Source: Heterodontus francisci
Lineage: Eukaryota
Direction: 5' to 3'
DNA: 64,000 nucleotides
Assembly: GCF_036365525.1 (NCBI RefSeq)
Contig: NC_090394.1
Span: 74,154,146-74,218,145, forward strand
The notes under the pieces were generated by a model. It worked only from the letters and a program-made list of their open reading frames with translations, did no database searches and was not told where the DNA came from. A program made the translations under genes and the position numbers. The stretch's first letter is position 1; each line of letters starts with the position of its first letter. Shown here piece by piece: positions 32,801-47,800 of the stretch.

Positions 32801-35800
32801 CCCAAGGAATCACGGGCACAATCTATAATCAGGGACTGGACACATTTAGTGACAACAGTATTGTGAACAGTGGTTGTTAACCATAACCTCTAAATTGCAC
32901 AGGGCCAACAGCAGGATGCAAGACCATTTATAGCCATTGCGTGTCGACAGCGTTATCAATAGTCACTCCGATTCAATAACTCACAAATTTGTACTGTTAC
33001 TGCTGCTTACCTTTGCTGGGTCACATGGTCGCTGATTGATAAAGAAAAACTGTCGATCGGTTGAACTCCTGCCAACACCGTGATCGCTGCGAGACACAAA
33101 CCCTGTGATTCTTCAAGGTACCACAGAAAGGAAAGTTACTGTTATTGCACACAAAATATTATTCGTTAGTATGAGCTGCCAGGTCAGCAGAATAGCTGTG
33201 ACTCTCTCTTGCCTCTCTGCTGCGGTTTACTATGAAACTACTCCAGGATCAGGGAGATACTCCCCATCGCTGATGTTTAGTTGCCTAGTAGCAATGCAGA
33301 TCTAACCAAAGGATCGCATTGACAATTAAGTGTACCCATATACAGAATGGAAGGGTGTGTACTTTGAACAAGCAATACCTTGCTAATCAACGATGTGAGG
33401 GCATCATTCCTATCCTCATGCAAGGCTGACACATGCTCACTTCTACGAGAGGTCACTGGATAGCAATCAAGAGGATGCCTCCATCTCTCTATTCCCCTTT
33501 TCACCTAGTAGCACTGGAGTTAATTGCCGGTCTTCCTGAGACTCGTACCTGGGATCTTCCCAGTCTGTGTGACCTACTCACTAACTTCACTTAGTCATGG
33601 GGGTTGGTAGAGCTGCAGGCATCTGACTTATCTGAACTGCAGGATAGAAGGATATGCAGAAAGGATGAGATGGAGTACAGTGGGAGGAGACTGGTGTGGA
33701 GCATAAACACTGGCACAGGCCAGCTGGATCGAAGGACCTATTTCTGTGCTGTAAAGTTTGTGTGTACGTCACCTTACACAAAATTTTCCTTCCTCTTCAG
33801 CTATATGAATATAGTCCCATTTTTATATACAAAGTGGGGAATTTAGAGTCAGAGTTATACAGCACAGAAACAGCCCATCGTGTCTGTGCCAGCCATCAAG
33901 CACCAAACTATTCGAATCCCATTTTCCAGCACTTGGCCTGTAGCCTTGTATGCTATGGCATTTCAAGTGCTCATCTAAATACTTCTTAAAAGTTGCGAGG
34001 GTTCCTGCCTCTACCACCTCTTCAGGTAGTGTGTTCCAGATTCCAACCACCCTCTGAGTGAAAAAATATTTCCTCAAATCCCCTCTAAACTTCCCTGCCC
34101 CCTTACCTTAAATCTATGCCCCCTAGTTATTTATCCCTCCGCTAAGGGAAAAAGTTTCTTCCTATCTAAGCTATCAATGCCCCTCATAATTTTGTATACC
34201 TCAATCATGTCCCCCCTCAGCCTTCAAGATAGTCATAGAGTTTTACAGCACAGAAACAGGCCCTTCGGCCCAACGCGCCTGCACTGACCATTAAGCACCC
34301 TTCCAAACCTAATCCCACTTCCCCATAGTTGGCCTGTAGCCTTGTATGTTATGGCATTTCAAGTGCATTTCTGAATACTTCTTAAATGTCGTGAGTGCTC
34401 CTGTCTCTACCATCTCTTCAGGCAGTGTGTTCCAGATTCCAACCACCCTCTGGGTGAAAGTTTTTTCTTAACTCCCCTCTAAACCTCCTGCCCCTTACCT
34501 TAAAACTATGCACCTTAGTTATTGACCTCTCCACTATGGGAAAAAGTTTCTTCCTATCTATCCTATCAATGCCCCTCATAATTTTGTATACCTCAATCAG
34601 GTCCCCCCTCAGCCTTCTCCACTCCAAGGAAAATAACCCCAACCTATCCAGTCTCTCTTCATAACTGAAATGCTCCAGCCCAGGCAACATCCTGGTGAAT
34701 CTCCTCTGCACCCTCTCCAGTGCAATCACATTCTTCCTATAGTGTGGTGACCAGAACTGTACATAGTACTCCAGCTGTGGCCTAACGAGCATTTTATACA
34801 GCTCCATCATAACCTCCCTGATCTTATATTCTATGCCTCGGCTAATAAAGGCAAGTATCCCATATGCCTTCCTAACCACCTTATCTACCTGTGCTGCTGC
34901 CTTCAGTGATTTATGGACAAGCACCCCAAGGTCCCTCTGTACTCCCTATGGTCCTACCATCCATTGCATATCCCCTTACCTTGTTAGACCTTCCAAAGTA
35001 CATCACCTCACACTTCTCAGGATTAAACTCCATTTGCCACAACTCTGCCCATCTTACCAGCCTATCTATATTGTCCTGTAATCTAAGGCCTTCCTCCTCA
35101 CTATTTAAGACACCACTGCGAACTCATCTCCTATATTCACGTCTAAATCATTAATGTACACTATAAACAGTAAGGGTCCCAGCACCGACCCCTGCGGTAC
35201 CCCACTGGTCACAGGCCTCCATTCGCAAAAACAACCCTTTACCATCACCCTCTGCCTCCTGCCACTAAGCCAATTTTGAATCCAATTTGCCAAATTACCC
35301 TGGATCCCATGGGCTCTTACTTTGTTAACCAATCTCCCCTGCGGAACCTTTTCAAAAGCCTTACTGAAATCCATGTAGACGACATCAACTACTTTACCCT
35401 CATCTACACCTCTAATCACCTCCTCAAAAAATTCAATCAAACTGTTAGACACGATCTCCCCTTGACAAAGCCATGCTGACTATCCCTGATCAATCCCTGC
35501 CTCTCCAAGTGGAGATTAATCCTGTCTCTTAGAAGTTGTTCCAATAATTTCCCTACTACTGACGCTAGACTCACAGGTCTATAATTACCTGGTTTATCCC
35601 TGCTACCCTTCTTGAATAATGGTTTCACAGATGAAAAACCTCACCTGTGTCCTCCGGCTCGACACACAGATTGCCTCTTGGATCCCTAATGGGCCCCACC
35701 TCTTCCCTGGTTATCCTCTTGCCCCTTACATTCTTACATAACGCCTTGGAATTTTCCTTTATCTTGTCTGTCAGTGATTTTTCATGCCCCCTCTTCGCTC

Positions 35801-38800
35801 TCCTAATTACTTTTTTAAGTACACCCTTACACTTTCTATACTCCTCTCAGGCCTCCGCTGTTTTCAGAACCCTGAGTCTGCCTTAAGCCTCCTTTTCTTT
35901 TCTTATCTAATCCTCTGTATCCCTTGACATCCAGGGTTCCCGGGACTTATTGGTCCTACTCTTCACCTTACAGGAACATGCTGGACCTGAACCCTCGCAA
36001 TTTCCTTTTTGAATGACTCCCACTGGTCTGATGTAGACTTTCCTATAAGAAGCTGCTCCCAGTTCACTTTGGCCAGATCCTATTTTATCATATTGAAATC
36101 TGCCTTCCCCTAATTCAGTACTCTTATTTCTGGTCCCTTTATGTCCTTTTCCATAATAAGCTTATGGTCACTATCCCCGAAATGCTCCCCCACTGCCACT
36201 TCTACCACTTGTCCAGCTTCATTCCCTAGGATTAAGTCCAGTACCGCTCCCCCTCTTGTAGGGCTCTCTACGTACTGGCTCAAAAAACTCTCCTGAATGC
36301 ACTTGAAGAATCCCACCCCCTTTCAGATTTTTGCACTAATACTATCCCCTATGATATAGGGGAAGTTGAAATCCCCTACTATTATTACCCTATTATTTTT
36401 GCACCTCTGAGATTTGCCTACATATCTGCTCCTGTATCACTGCCTGACTGTATGGAGGCATGTAGTACACTCCCAGCCAAGTGATAGCTGCCTTTTTGTT
36501 TTTAGGTTCTACCCATATGGCCTCATTAGAGGAACCTTCTAAGATATCATCCCTCCTTACTGCAGTAATCAACAGTGCAACGTCACCTCCTCTTTTACCC
36601 CCTCCCCTATCATGTCTGAAGATTCTATACCCTGGGATATTAAGCTGCCAGTCCTGCCCTTCCATCAACCATGTCTCAGTGACAGCAATAATATCATATT
36701 TCCATGTGTTAATCAACGCCCTCAATTCATCTGCCTTACTAGTAAGACTCCTTGCATTAAAATAGATACAAATCAGCCTTGCATTATTTGCTTAAGCCTT
36801 AACAGGTCTACATTTACTCTGCCCTCCAGACTGACATAGCTTCTCATTTATATTTGATTGTACAACACCCCGAACTGTGCTTCCACTCTGTATCCCATCC
36901 CCCTGCCAAATTAGTTTAAACCCCCCCAACAGCACTAGGAGATACTTTTGAAAGTCTTTGGAAACAATGATCAGTAAATGAACCATCTGAAAGCACTAGG
37001 GGTTGCAGTACACATCAATAGCCGCTAGAAGGTGTACAGTTCACACTGGAAATGATTGTTCACTGGGGCTGATATGAACAATTATTGATAATTACACAGC
37101 AAGTAAATAAAATGCTGAGCATTTGAAGTATTGTAATTTATTAATATACTGCTTCTTTTTAATAAAGTGGGATATCTAGATTCTTTGATTTCATTGCTCT
37201 AGTCCTCATTTCCTGCCATCCCCCAAGGAATAGCATCATTTAGGAAGTTCAAAACTGCATCAACTCCAGAGGTTTAAAAGCTGGATAACCTTTTCTGATG
37301 AGAAAATCAGAATAAAGTATGCCTGTCATGCAGACCCCCACCTGCCAAGAATGAGGTATAATAATTTTGTCACATGAACATTGATTTTAAACTGTTGCTG
37401 GAGTGAAGAAATGACTTGTTAAAGAGATCACCAGACCTCTGACTGGAGGACATTTGCATACTAAGAGACGTTGCTTGTGGACACAAAGGAACTACTCCCT
37501 GATCCAATTAACCCAAATGGATTTTGATCACCAGACACTGAAGCTGTAAGGAACTCACCTTCCCAGGGACTGCTAAGATGCTACAATCTACGAAGACAAG
37601 ACTGGTTAAACCAGCTGGTCACATGATTAACCGGCTGGTCCAGGTTTTGAATGAGACACAGGACAGTTTGAATTCAGACTAGAGTTTTCAACTGAAGTTG
37701 GAACAAGGAAGCCTCTCTCCTGGCTGACTCTCTCTCACTTTCTCCCAAGCCACCGGACCCACGGAAGACACATAAACCTCAAGCAGAGAAAAGACTCCCA
37801 CATCGAAACAAGTTGAAGCGTGAACTGAGCCCCAAGGAACTGCAGGATTTACTGTCAACCAAGGACTCCACATTGAACTCAAAGGACTGTAATTATAATC
37901 CTGATATTGCCTCAAACTTTTCCCCATTACTCTTTTCTACTTTTTCTGTCTGTATCTGCGTGTGTTTATCGCGTATGCATGCTAGTGTGGTGGTGCCGCA
38001 TATTCGTAGTCGTTAATCAGATTAGAGTTTACGATTAATAAACTTCCACCTTTCTTGTTAAAATCTAAGGAAACCTGTCTGATTTCTTTGCCTTACAATT
38101 GGAGCAGTGAACAAGGATTCACTGAGGGGGGAGCTAAAAACATGGTGTTTCAAAAATTAAACCCTGTTACGGTTAAACCAGACAAAAGCTGAGAGGGAAC
38201 CTCTAGACCCCTTCTCACCTGGTTGTAACCATGACCCAAAAACATTTTTCCTTTAGCCACTTTAGCATTTCTTACTTATGTTTGTTAGCATGATGAAATT
38301 ATTCTACCCTAGGATTGTTTTTACCTACACTCTGGTATATGGAGAGCTACCATCATATTTTATTTAGAAATGTTCTCGGGATGTAGACATCGCTGGCAAT
38401 GCCTCATTTATTACCCATCCTTGGTTGCATTGAGGTGAAGCCTTCTGTGCTTCATTTATACAAATGTGTGGCTTTCTGGAAAGAAAGACTGGCTTGCATT
38501 CCTATAGCGTCTTTCACAACCTCAGGATGTCTCAAAGCCAACTCTTTTCCAAGTGTAGTCACTGTTGCAATGTAGGAAACGAGACAGTTAGTTTTGTGCA
38601 CAGCAAGCTCCCACAAACAGCAATATGATAATGACTAGATAATCTGCTTTTTAGGGATGTTGTTGAGAGATAAATATTGAACAGGACATCGGGGAGAACT
38701 CCCCTGTTCATTATCAAATAGTGCCATAGGATCTTTCACGCCCTCCTAAAAAGGCAGATGAGACCATGACTCTATGACTTGCGTTTAATGTCTTATCTGA

Positions 38801-41800
38801 AGGATGGCACCTTCAACAGTGCAGCACTCCTTCAGTACTGCACTGGGAGTGTCAGCCTAGATTATGGGATCTGGTCTCTGGAATGGGACTTGAAACTACA
38901 ACCTTCTGACTCAGACAAGAAGGATACCCACTGAGCCACGAATAACTCTTGTCAGACTGCTTCAGGCAGCATAAGAGTCATATAGTGTGGATTAGTGTTA
39001 TCCTGTATAGGCCAGGCCGGGTAGGGGCTGCATGTTTATCTCCGAGGCACATTACTGAACCTTCTGTGTTAATTTTATTCTAGTGATAGGCATCAAATTG
39101 CCAAGTTAATTGAAATCAATTTCACAACATTTAATTTTACAGTGTACACTATCTAAATGATACTCTTCAGCAATTTGTCAAGGCTTCTTTGGCAGAACCT
39201 CCCAAACCCATGACTTCCACAACCTAGAAGGACAAGGGCAGCAGGTGCATGGGAACACCACCATCTCCAAGTCATTTGTCATCTCGACTTGGAACTATAT
39301 CACCGTTCCTTCATTGTCGCTGGGACAAAATCCTGAAACTCCCTCCCCAACAGCATTGTATGAAAATCCACACCACATAGCCTGCAGTGGTTCAAGGCAG
39401 CAGCTCATCACCCCCTTCTCAAGGGCAACTAGGGGTGGGCAATAAATGCTAACCTTACCAGTGATGCCCACATCCCGAGAATGAATGAAAAAAATCTTGT
39501 TCAATTTCTGTCTACTACTAAAACAAATGTTAAAATCAGATATATTTTGTAAGACCGTAGCCCCTCGAGCCTGTTCCATTATTCAATATCATGGCTGATC
39601 TACAGCCTAACTCCATATATTAACTATTGAACTTCACTCACCTGTAGAGCTTTTCATGAATGTCATCAGGATTAATTCCATAATCTTCACAAATAGCCTC
39701 ACTAGGGTGCAATTGAACAAAAGGGACAAGATTCTGTAACTGGAAAATACAAAAAACATATGATACTACATAGAATCATATAGAACAGAAAGAGGTTATT
39801 TGTCTCTTCATGCCTCTTTGAAAGAGTATCCAATTAGTCCCACTTCCCTGTCGTTTTCCCATAGCTCTACAAAATTTTTCCGCTTCAATTATTTTATTCA
39901 ATTCCCTTTTGAAAGTGGTTACTGAATCTGCTTCCACTGCCCTTTTAGGTAGTGCATTCCAAATCACAGCAACTCGTATCTCTATTTCAATGCTGGTTGT
40001 ACAACACTGACTGGAAAGCTCTCAATTTGGCAAGAAGCTCTGGCTTAAGTTTAACCTGCATATACAATGGCGACATTAGGCTTTCACAAGAGTAGGTTAG
40101 TACCACAGAAATACAAATAACATTTATACAACACCTGATCACACTGTCAACTTTACTTTTAAGGATGGAATGGTTACTTCACAAGCAAACATGGGAGCTA
40201 TTCTAGCACTAGCACTATCCCCAATGCAACTATGAAATGATTGGCCAGTTACTCTGTTCCTTAGTGGTGTTGGTTGAGGGAACAGTGTTAGCCAATACAC
40301 TGGGAAAACTCCCTACTCTTTGAATAGTGCCTTGGGATCCTTAAATGTCCAACCGAGCAAGCACATGAAACTTTCGTTTAAATGTCTCATCTGAGGGCAG
40401 GAAGAAACACTCACTCGGCACAGCATTGGGTGTCAGCCTAGACTATCAACTCAAGCCCTGGTGTCAGATTCTTAATAAGGAAAATATAAATTAATGCTAC
40501 ACGACAGACAATTTCTTCGGTGTGGGTAACATGTATGAAAGCATTCGGTGTTTAATGAATTTTTGTACTACTCAATGCTGTAGAACACAGAACTTCCCAG
40601 TGTCAGCATTAAGCACTCCCATCAAGGCCCCTACTACTGTGCTCCAACCTCCACACCCCTTTGTTACTTGTTTGTGGCATCTCTAATTCTCAAACCATTA
40701 AAGCACTGACACAGAATGCATATGAAACGATGATACTGCCAGCCCTGCCTGCCCCATGGGAAACTCCTTGCTTTCCCTCACTCAGTCGATCACATTGTAC
40801 AAATACATCAACGACACAGAAGCTAACAACTTGGCCTGCTTTCCATTGGGAGCTAAAAAGAGTCTGCCTGCATGGGGTGAATGGGAGAGTGTGAAAGAAG
40901 CTAAAAGAGTGACCATCTCAGCTTGCAAATATGCTGAGTATGTTAACCTGGCTGTACTGAGAGGACTCTCCATACTAATAGACCCAGGACAAGGAGTCTT
41001 CCCAGTGCAACAAACAGACTGTGCCTGCCTCCTGCAAGTAGCTGTAACAGTGGAATATATCAGGTATCCGAAATACCTCAAGATTTCCCTGACAGAGGAG
41101 GCAGCATCAGGATCATTTTGGACATGACTGAAGTGGAACACAGGGCGGAGGTTACTAGTGTAGCTGAAGGACTTCTGTCCCAAGCAGATGCACTATAAAT
41201 ATTTTACCTGCTTTGATCCAAATACTGCGCTGATGTTTTCCTTCAATGCGGTGCATCCACTGGTGCAAAAAACAGGGTTTCTTTTTCCTTGTCCAACCTG
41301 ATTTGTGCAATTTATCCGTATACCTGTAGAAATGATGCAATAGGCCTGCAGCACCTGCGCCATTTTACCGTATTCCTTTTTTAAATAAAACAAATTAAAA
41401 GCTTCAGATTTATAATATTGCAGCTTGAACATTAAAATTTTCTAAACACAGGATGAATATATTGCCATCAGACTTGTTGGAGAACCAAGCACCCAAACTT
41501 ATACTATGAAAATGCATTTAAGGTGAAGCTAGATAAACACACGAGGGAGAAAGGAATAGAAGGGTTATTCTGATAAAGTTAGATGAAGTAAGATGGGTGG
41601 ATGCTTGCGTGGGCCGTAAACACTGGCACAGATCCACTGGGCTGAATGGTTTGTTTCTATGCTGTACATTCTACGTAAAAAAATCTGCAAATGCTTGAAA
41701 CTGAAATAAAAGCAAAAAATGCAGGAGATGTACTGCAGGTCTATCAGTATTTGTAAATGAAAAGATGGGTTCTTTCATGGAGTTCACACCCAAAATTTTC

Positions 41801-44800
41801 AGGTGCTGCGTGTTTCCAGTGTTTTCTGTTTTTGTTAGTGTACAAATTCTAACTACAATACAATTACTGGCTGTGAGTCAATGGAGAGCAGCATAGGTAA
41901 TAGGAAACTCAATTTCCTGAGCTACCTCACCTTCCCAATTGTATTAGAGATAGGTACCTACATTAGACCTAGGGAGGGGTTGAGTGAATTAAACATTCAA
42001 ATGTTTTCTGTTGCTATTTTTAAGTTTTCATGAAAACCATTTGAAACACAGAAAACTCACCTTTTTAATATTTCGCTGAAACTCTTTGTGCCTCACTGGA
42101 AGTGTGCAAAACAACTGCTTAACACTAACCGTCGTCCCTTGCTGTCGAGGATGTGGCACCTTTTCGCTGATGTGCCCGTTATGGTCAAAAACTAGGCGGG
42201 TTCCGACCTTGGCGGTTTTGTGACATGTCACGACACTAAGGTCACTGGTAAGAACAAAAGGACAACTTTAAGAGCACATTTCCAGGGCTGCCTGATCCCT
42301 TCCCTGCAGCTGAAAACAGAGCAAAACCGGTAGACTTAAATATGTATTTGTCAACTCCAGACTAGATTACTCTCATTGTTTTCTTGCTGCACTCTCATAC
42401 TCTGAAAATACCTGTCCTTCTTGCTCACTAAACAGGCTGTTGGTCTCCCAATAAAAAAGAAAAAGACTTGCACTTATAGAGCACCTGTCACAACCTCAGA
42501 ATGTCCCAAAGCGCTTTACAGCCAATGAAGTACTTCTGAAGTGCAGTCACTGTTGTAATGTAGGAAATAAATTGAATTCAGAACCCTCGTTCTCATCTAT
42601 AAATCCTTCCATGGAATTGCCCCTCTCCATATCTAAAACCACCATCAAATCTTCCTTGACTTTCTATTTTTTATATTCCCTCCCAAATATTGTGTGCCTA
42701 TGATTCTGGCCTTCTATGTTACGAGGCAGACCTTTCAGCTGCATTGGACTAGCCCTTTGAAACTCCCCCTCTAAAACTCTGCATCACTCTGTCCTTCCTT
42801 AAAATTCAGTTCATAACACATTTCTTTGACTAAGCTCTCAATCACCTCTACTACCAACTCACTTCCTGTCTTGGTAACCATTCTTTTAACCCTAGTTAGG
42901 AAACTCCTTGGTACAATGCTTGTGTTAAAAGCACTATATAAACACAATCTGTTTAAAAATCAACAGTGTGATGCCTACTGCATACTCATGTCCGGTGGGT
43001 GAGTGTGGTTACCTCTCCCATTATATGGGTTGCAGCAGCCCATAAAATTCCTCCCCCCACATAGGGTAAACCTGCCTGACGGCTGGTATAAAGATGGTTA
43101 TGGCCATTGGAGCAGCATTCACATCAGAGCTTGTCAAACTGTTAATCACTCAGCCTGCAAATCCCTCCACTCTTCACACTGTTCTCCAAGGGAATAGTCT
43201 GTAAATACAATCTATGACTTCAAAAACAACACTGCCTAACACAGCAGATTATATGTACAGTACAGTGTAACTGTTGATACTGAAGGTGCTATCACAATAC
43301 CTCAGTGCACACAAGGAACTCAGAGCTTCACCTCTAAATCCGAAGGTCTCCACATGTAAGAGGTCAGAGAAATCTTGCAACTTGGAAGTGTAATGCTTCA
43401 GTGCTTTCAAATGAATAAATATAAATTTGTGATATGCAAAAATATTAATTTGTTACACAAATGTGACTACAGTAACTTCTAATTTAGATTCACAATTACG
43501 ATTAAATTTCACGTTTCACTAACAATCAGAAACTACTAAAGTTTTCAATCTTATAGATATTAATCCAACAGCTTTAAATCTATATTTTGAGTTAATTTGA
43601 ACTTCAATCAAGATGAGGGCTGTTGGTGCTTCTTCTTGCTGGGCCAGTATAAAGTGCTCTTAGTTCGGGTACTATACTTAGACACAGAGTAAAGCTTCCC
43701 AAAACAAGAAGAGCACACCCTCCAGTGGCTCATGGTCAACTTTTAAACTTATTAAATTTATCCAGGATCAAACTTTGGGCAATTCTGTCCTGTGCTTACT
43801 TAGAACGGAGTTCAGATTGCCCAAACTCTCATCATTGAGGCTCCTTATAGCCAGTAGATACAAGATTTTTAATATTGGTCCAGGCTGGTTGAACATTTGG
43901 GGGAAACAAAGAACTTGCAAAAAGGAGACCGCTGATGCAAGCTGCCCATAATTTACAGGTTTCACTGTACACAGAATATCTGAATACCAACAAAGCGAGC
44001 AATCTGTTGACTATATGAACAAGGAGGAGGCCTTCGAGGCTGTTTCATCATTCAATTAGGTCATGGTTGACGTGTATTTTAATTCCATCTACCCTCACAG
44101 GTTCCATATCACTGAATACCCTTGCCCAACAAAAACCTATCAATCCCTGTTTTTCCATTTTCAATTGACCCCAAGTGCCAACAGCTCTTTGGGGGGAAAA
44201 GCTTCTGTAGCAGCCTACCAACTGCTACACTAAATAGACTGGGAGTTGTACTCCAATGCCAACTGAGATCTTCACTCAATTTCATGGTGGATTGGAATTC
44301 ATCAGATTTGGCTGGGACATTTGATAAAAGGAAGTCAAAATGCCATTGGAAGGATCCTTTCCTACACATTTTAATCACCAGCACCAAACTCAAAATATAG
44401 AAACGAACAGGAAATTATAATATTTGAAATATAAAAGACTAAGTTGCCTCTCCATTTCGCACCTGAAATTGTCACTATTTTTATAATTATTCTCCTACTA
44501 AAAACTTACTTAGTCCTTCAAAGTTTTTTTCTTCCACGCCATCTCCGTTGTCTGATACTTCAATCAAATCCGCTCCAAATTCTTTCAACTTAATATCTGA
44601 AAAACATGCAGCACAAGAGATAGGAATAAAAATTAAAATGTTAGATATTTCTTGGAGGAAGTTGGTCACTCTGGATGTAGTCAAAGGTTTAACTGCAATA
44701 GCTAGAATGGCTTTCCAATGTGGCTGTACCATAGCTGTACTGGAAAACAGCTGCCCTTTATAGAAAGCAAATATAGTCTCCAGCGCCTAAACCACCCGTG

Positions 44801-47800
44801 TTTAAATTGGGCAAATACTGAAAACCATTTGCCATTAGTATTACCATCAATTACACTGGCACCCTTTATATTGTGTTAAGCATGCTAGCTACTTGGGCAG
44901 AACCAGGTGTTCAGTGAGCAGCCTGCAACTCAGATGCAATTACCATGTATACTTTATCACCATGTGATGTGCTGTTCGTTAATATTGAGGGCATTACAAG
45001 AAATCGTGAACACCAGCAATTGACAAGGGGCAGCTTTCAAGCCTCAGGTTGATTTTTTTAAAATCAGGTGCTAATAAGAGGATTTCAGATGCTCAAGTGA
45101 TGTCTGAAAGCCATGTTCACTTTCAGTACTTTACAAAAAAAGCCTCAAGACATCAGCTATCGGCACTCTACAATTCCCTTCCTAAAATTCTCTGCCTTAT
45201 CACATCTCCTATCACTTTCAACAGCCTCCACAAAACCTACCTTTGGCTGCACCTACAATCGCAGAATTTTTACAGCGCAGGAGGCGGCTATTTGGTCCAT
45301 CGTGTTGGCAACAGCTCTCCAAATGAGCAATTCACCTAATGCCATTCCCCCACTTTCTCCCCACAACCCTGTACATTCTTCCCTCCCAGATAACAGTCCA
45401 ATTCTCCTTTGAATGCCCCAACTGAATCTGCCTCCACACATACAAGTGTGACGATGAAAAATTACAGACTAAAACTGAAGAGTTATAAAAATTGCCTTTG
45501 TCTTTTAAATAAAGTGAACAACGTGCTCCAAAATAGCCACCGAAGGTAAAAAAAAAACTTGGCCTTTGCATATTCAAACTGTCTGACAGGGATAAAGGAA
45601 TACCTTCAAAGCCAAGAGGTAACAATTGCACCCATCCTACACCCATCCAGAAACATTCCCAAATTGAATGGGTTCTTCTGAAACAAAGGTATAAAGTAGC
45701 CGTATCCTAGGCCATTGTCAGTCACTACAGGAAGAAAATACCTGTCTCCTATCAGAGGGAAGATGTAACAATTTTTTTTTTTTACCTTAAAAGGCAGCCC
45801 TAGACTGAGAGAGACATCCAGAAAGAAGCATCAAAGAAGCTTTTCCAACTAAAATGGCTGGGAGAATTTCAGCAAGCCAGAAGGGACGTGCCCTGCTGCA
45901 GAATTCTGCATCTACACTTATACAGCAGTGAATTGGAAATGATCCACTGTCTTCAACTGAACCTTCAAGCAAGAGAGAAACCTACAAACACCTCAGGCCT
46001 GGAACCAACAAAAACTTGACTTCCAAGAGAATTCAACAGGTTTACTGTGACTCCAGAAACCTACCCCCACTTACCATCGCTTTCCCCTTTTCCTGCCTAC
46101 TTGTCTATTCTTGTGTGTGTGCATGTGCACACGCGTGCGAATGAGTGAATGGATGCGGTTGTGACAATTTCAGGTTAAGGTGTATTGATCAATAAATTAT
46201 TGATTTTCCGTTTAAAACCTACAATAAAAGCTGTTGCTGTCTGTTTATTTGAAAAATAAAATACAAAGGGATTAAACCCTAACAACAAAAAATGCTTGCT
46301 GTGGTCAGGTGGGAGTGGAACAGTGGGAACCACCCAAACCCCTCACCACGTGACCGTAACACTTCCCATATACCTCCTCCCAAGCTTGTTTCTCTTTATA
46401 AAGTGCCTCGGGAAATTTCACTGCTTTAAAGTTGCTAAGTGCAAGCTGTTGTTGTCATTTGCTACCAGCTGTTAATTGACGTATAATTAATGTCCCAGGA
46501 GGGTCTCTTCAAAACAGCTGTCTGAAATACCTGAAAGTACAACAACTTCCTTTATCATAGAATGAACAGCACAGAAGGCCAGTCAGCCCATCATGCCCAC
46601 GCTAGCTCTTTGAAAGAGTTCCTTCCTGCTCAGTATATAAATACAAACTGTTGAAAAGTAATGTAGATTTGGATTAGTCATATTTTGTCCTCACCAATGT
46701 TAGTAGCTCCAGCATCTAGACTGTTTTCCACCAACTCTTTTACAGCAGTGCTGAGGCTTAACACAACTTGCCCTGAACAAATCTGGTGCACTGACTGTCG
46801 GTCAATTGGCTTGATCACTCTTGCAGGCGCTGAGCTAAATCAACAGAAAATAGAACACTATTGAAACAAGACCACACTAAGCACATAAAAGATAATTAGG
46901 TCAGTCATATTAACAAACCCACAAAAAAACTCACATACACACTATGCCAATCATTGTGGTTTAATACTGGGTAATTTGATTTTTTTTTTTACAGGCTGCT
47001 TGGAAATTTTAAAAAATGCACACTACTTTTTTTTATTAACCTGACAGCTTACTTCTGTCTTCTATTACTGGTCTCATACCAAATAAATTGTCACTGGAAC
47101 TTTACACTATGAGAGAGTTTTCAATACTGCAATGCAAGAGAGGGTTAACGTTTAAAAACGAATTCAAAGGCCTCCCTTATCCATGTTGATCTCGCCATCC
47201 CACTTCTGATTTGACAGTCTAGTTTTCAGCAAAATATAGAAGTCACAGGATGTAAGAAAGGAAAGTTTGCATTTATAGAACACCTTTCACGTCCTCAAGA
47301 CATCCCAAAGCACTTCACAGCCAACACAAACCTTTTGATGGATCACTGACATTGCTGTCAGCAAATACAGCAGTGAGATCACTGACTAGTAAAACTGTTC
47401 TTAATCATGTTGGAAGAGTGATAATTGTTGGCCAGGACACTGAGAATTCCCCTACTCTTTTTCCAAATACCCACAGAGGATCTTTGACATCTACCTCAGA
47501 GGGAAGATAAGATCTGGGTTTAACATTTCTTCGAAAAGCTGGTAGCCTTGACAATGCAGCACTCCCTTCAGTACTAGATTATGTATTCAGGTCCCTACAA
47601 CAACAACCTGCATTTATATAGTACCTTTAACATAGAAAAACATCCTAAGGCACTTGAAAACAGCATAATCAGACAAAAATTGAGACCGAGCCAAAGAAAG
47701 ATATAGGTGCACAAAATCTTGGTCAAAGAGGTAGAGTTTAAGGAAGATTTTAATAGAAGAGAGGTGGAGAGGTTTAGGGAGGGAATTCTAGAGCTTAGGG

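Noticed and set aside
32716-32835. Direct repeats of CRISPR-like length
   Set aside because: Contiguous tandem units without unique spacers, in a vertebrate intron with no cas genes
40756-41183. Overlapping 123-aa (+) and 133-aa (-) ORFs in PMS2 intron 6
   Set aside because: No recognisable domain, splice structure or polyA/TSD; probably chance or a decayed repeat. A tblastn/Dfam search would be needed.
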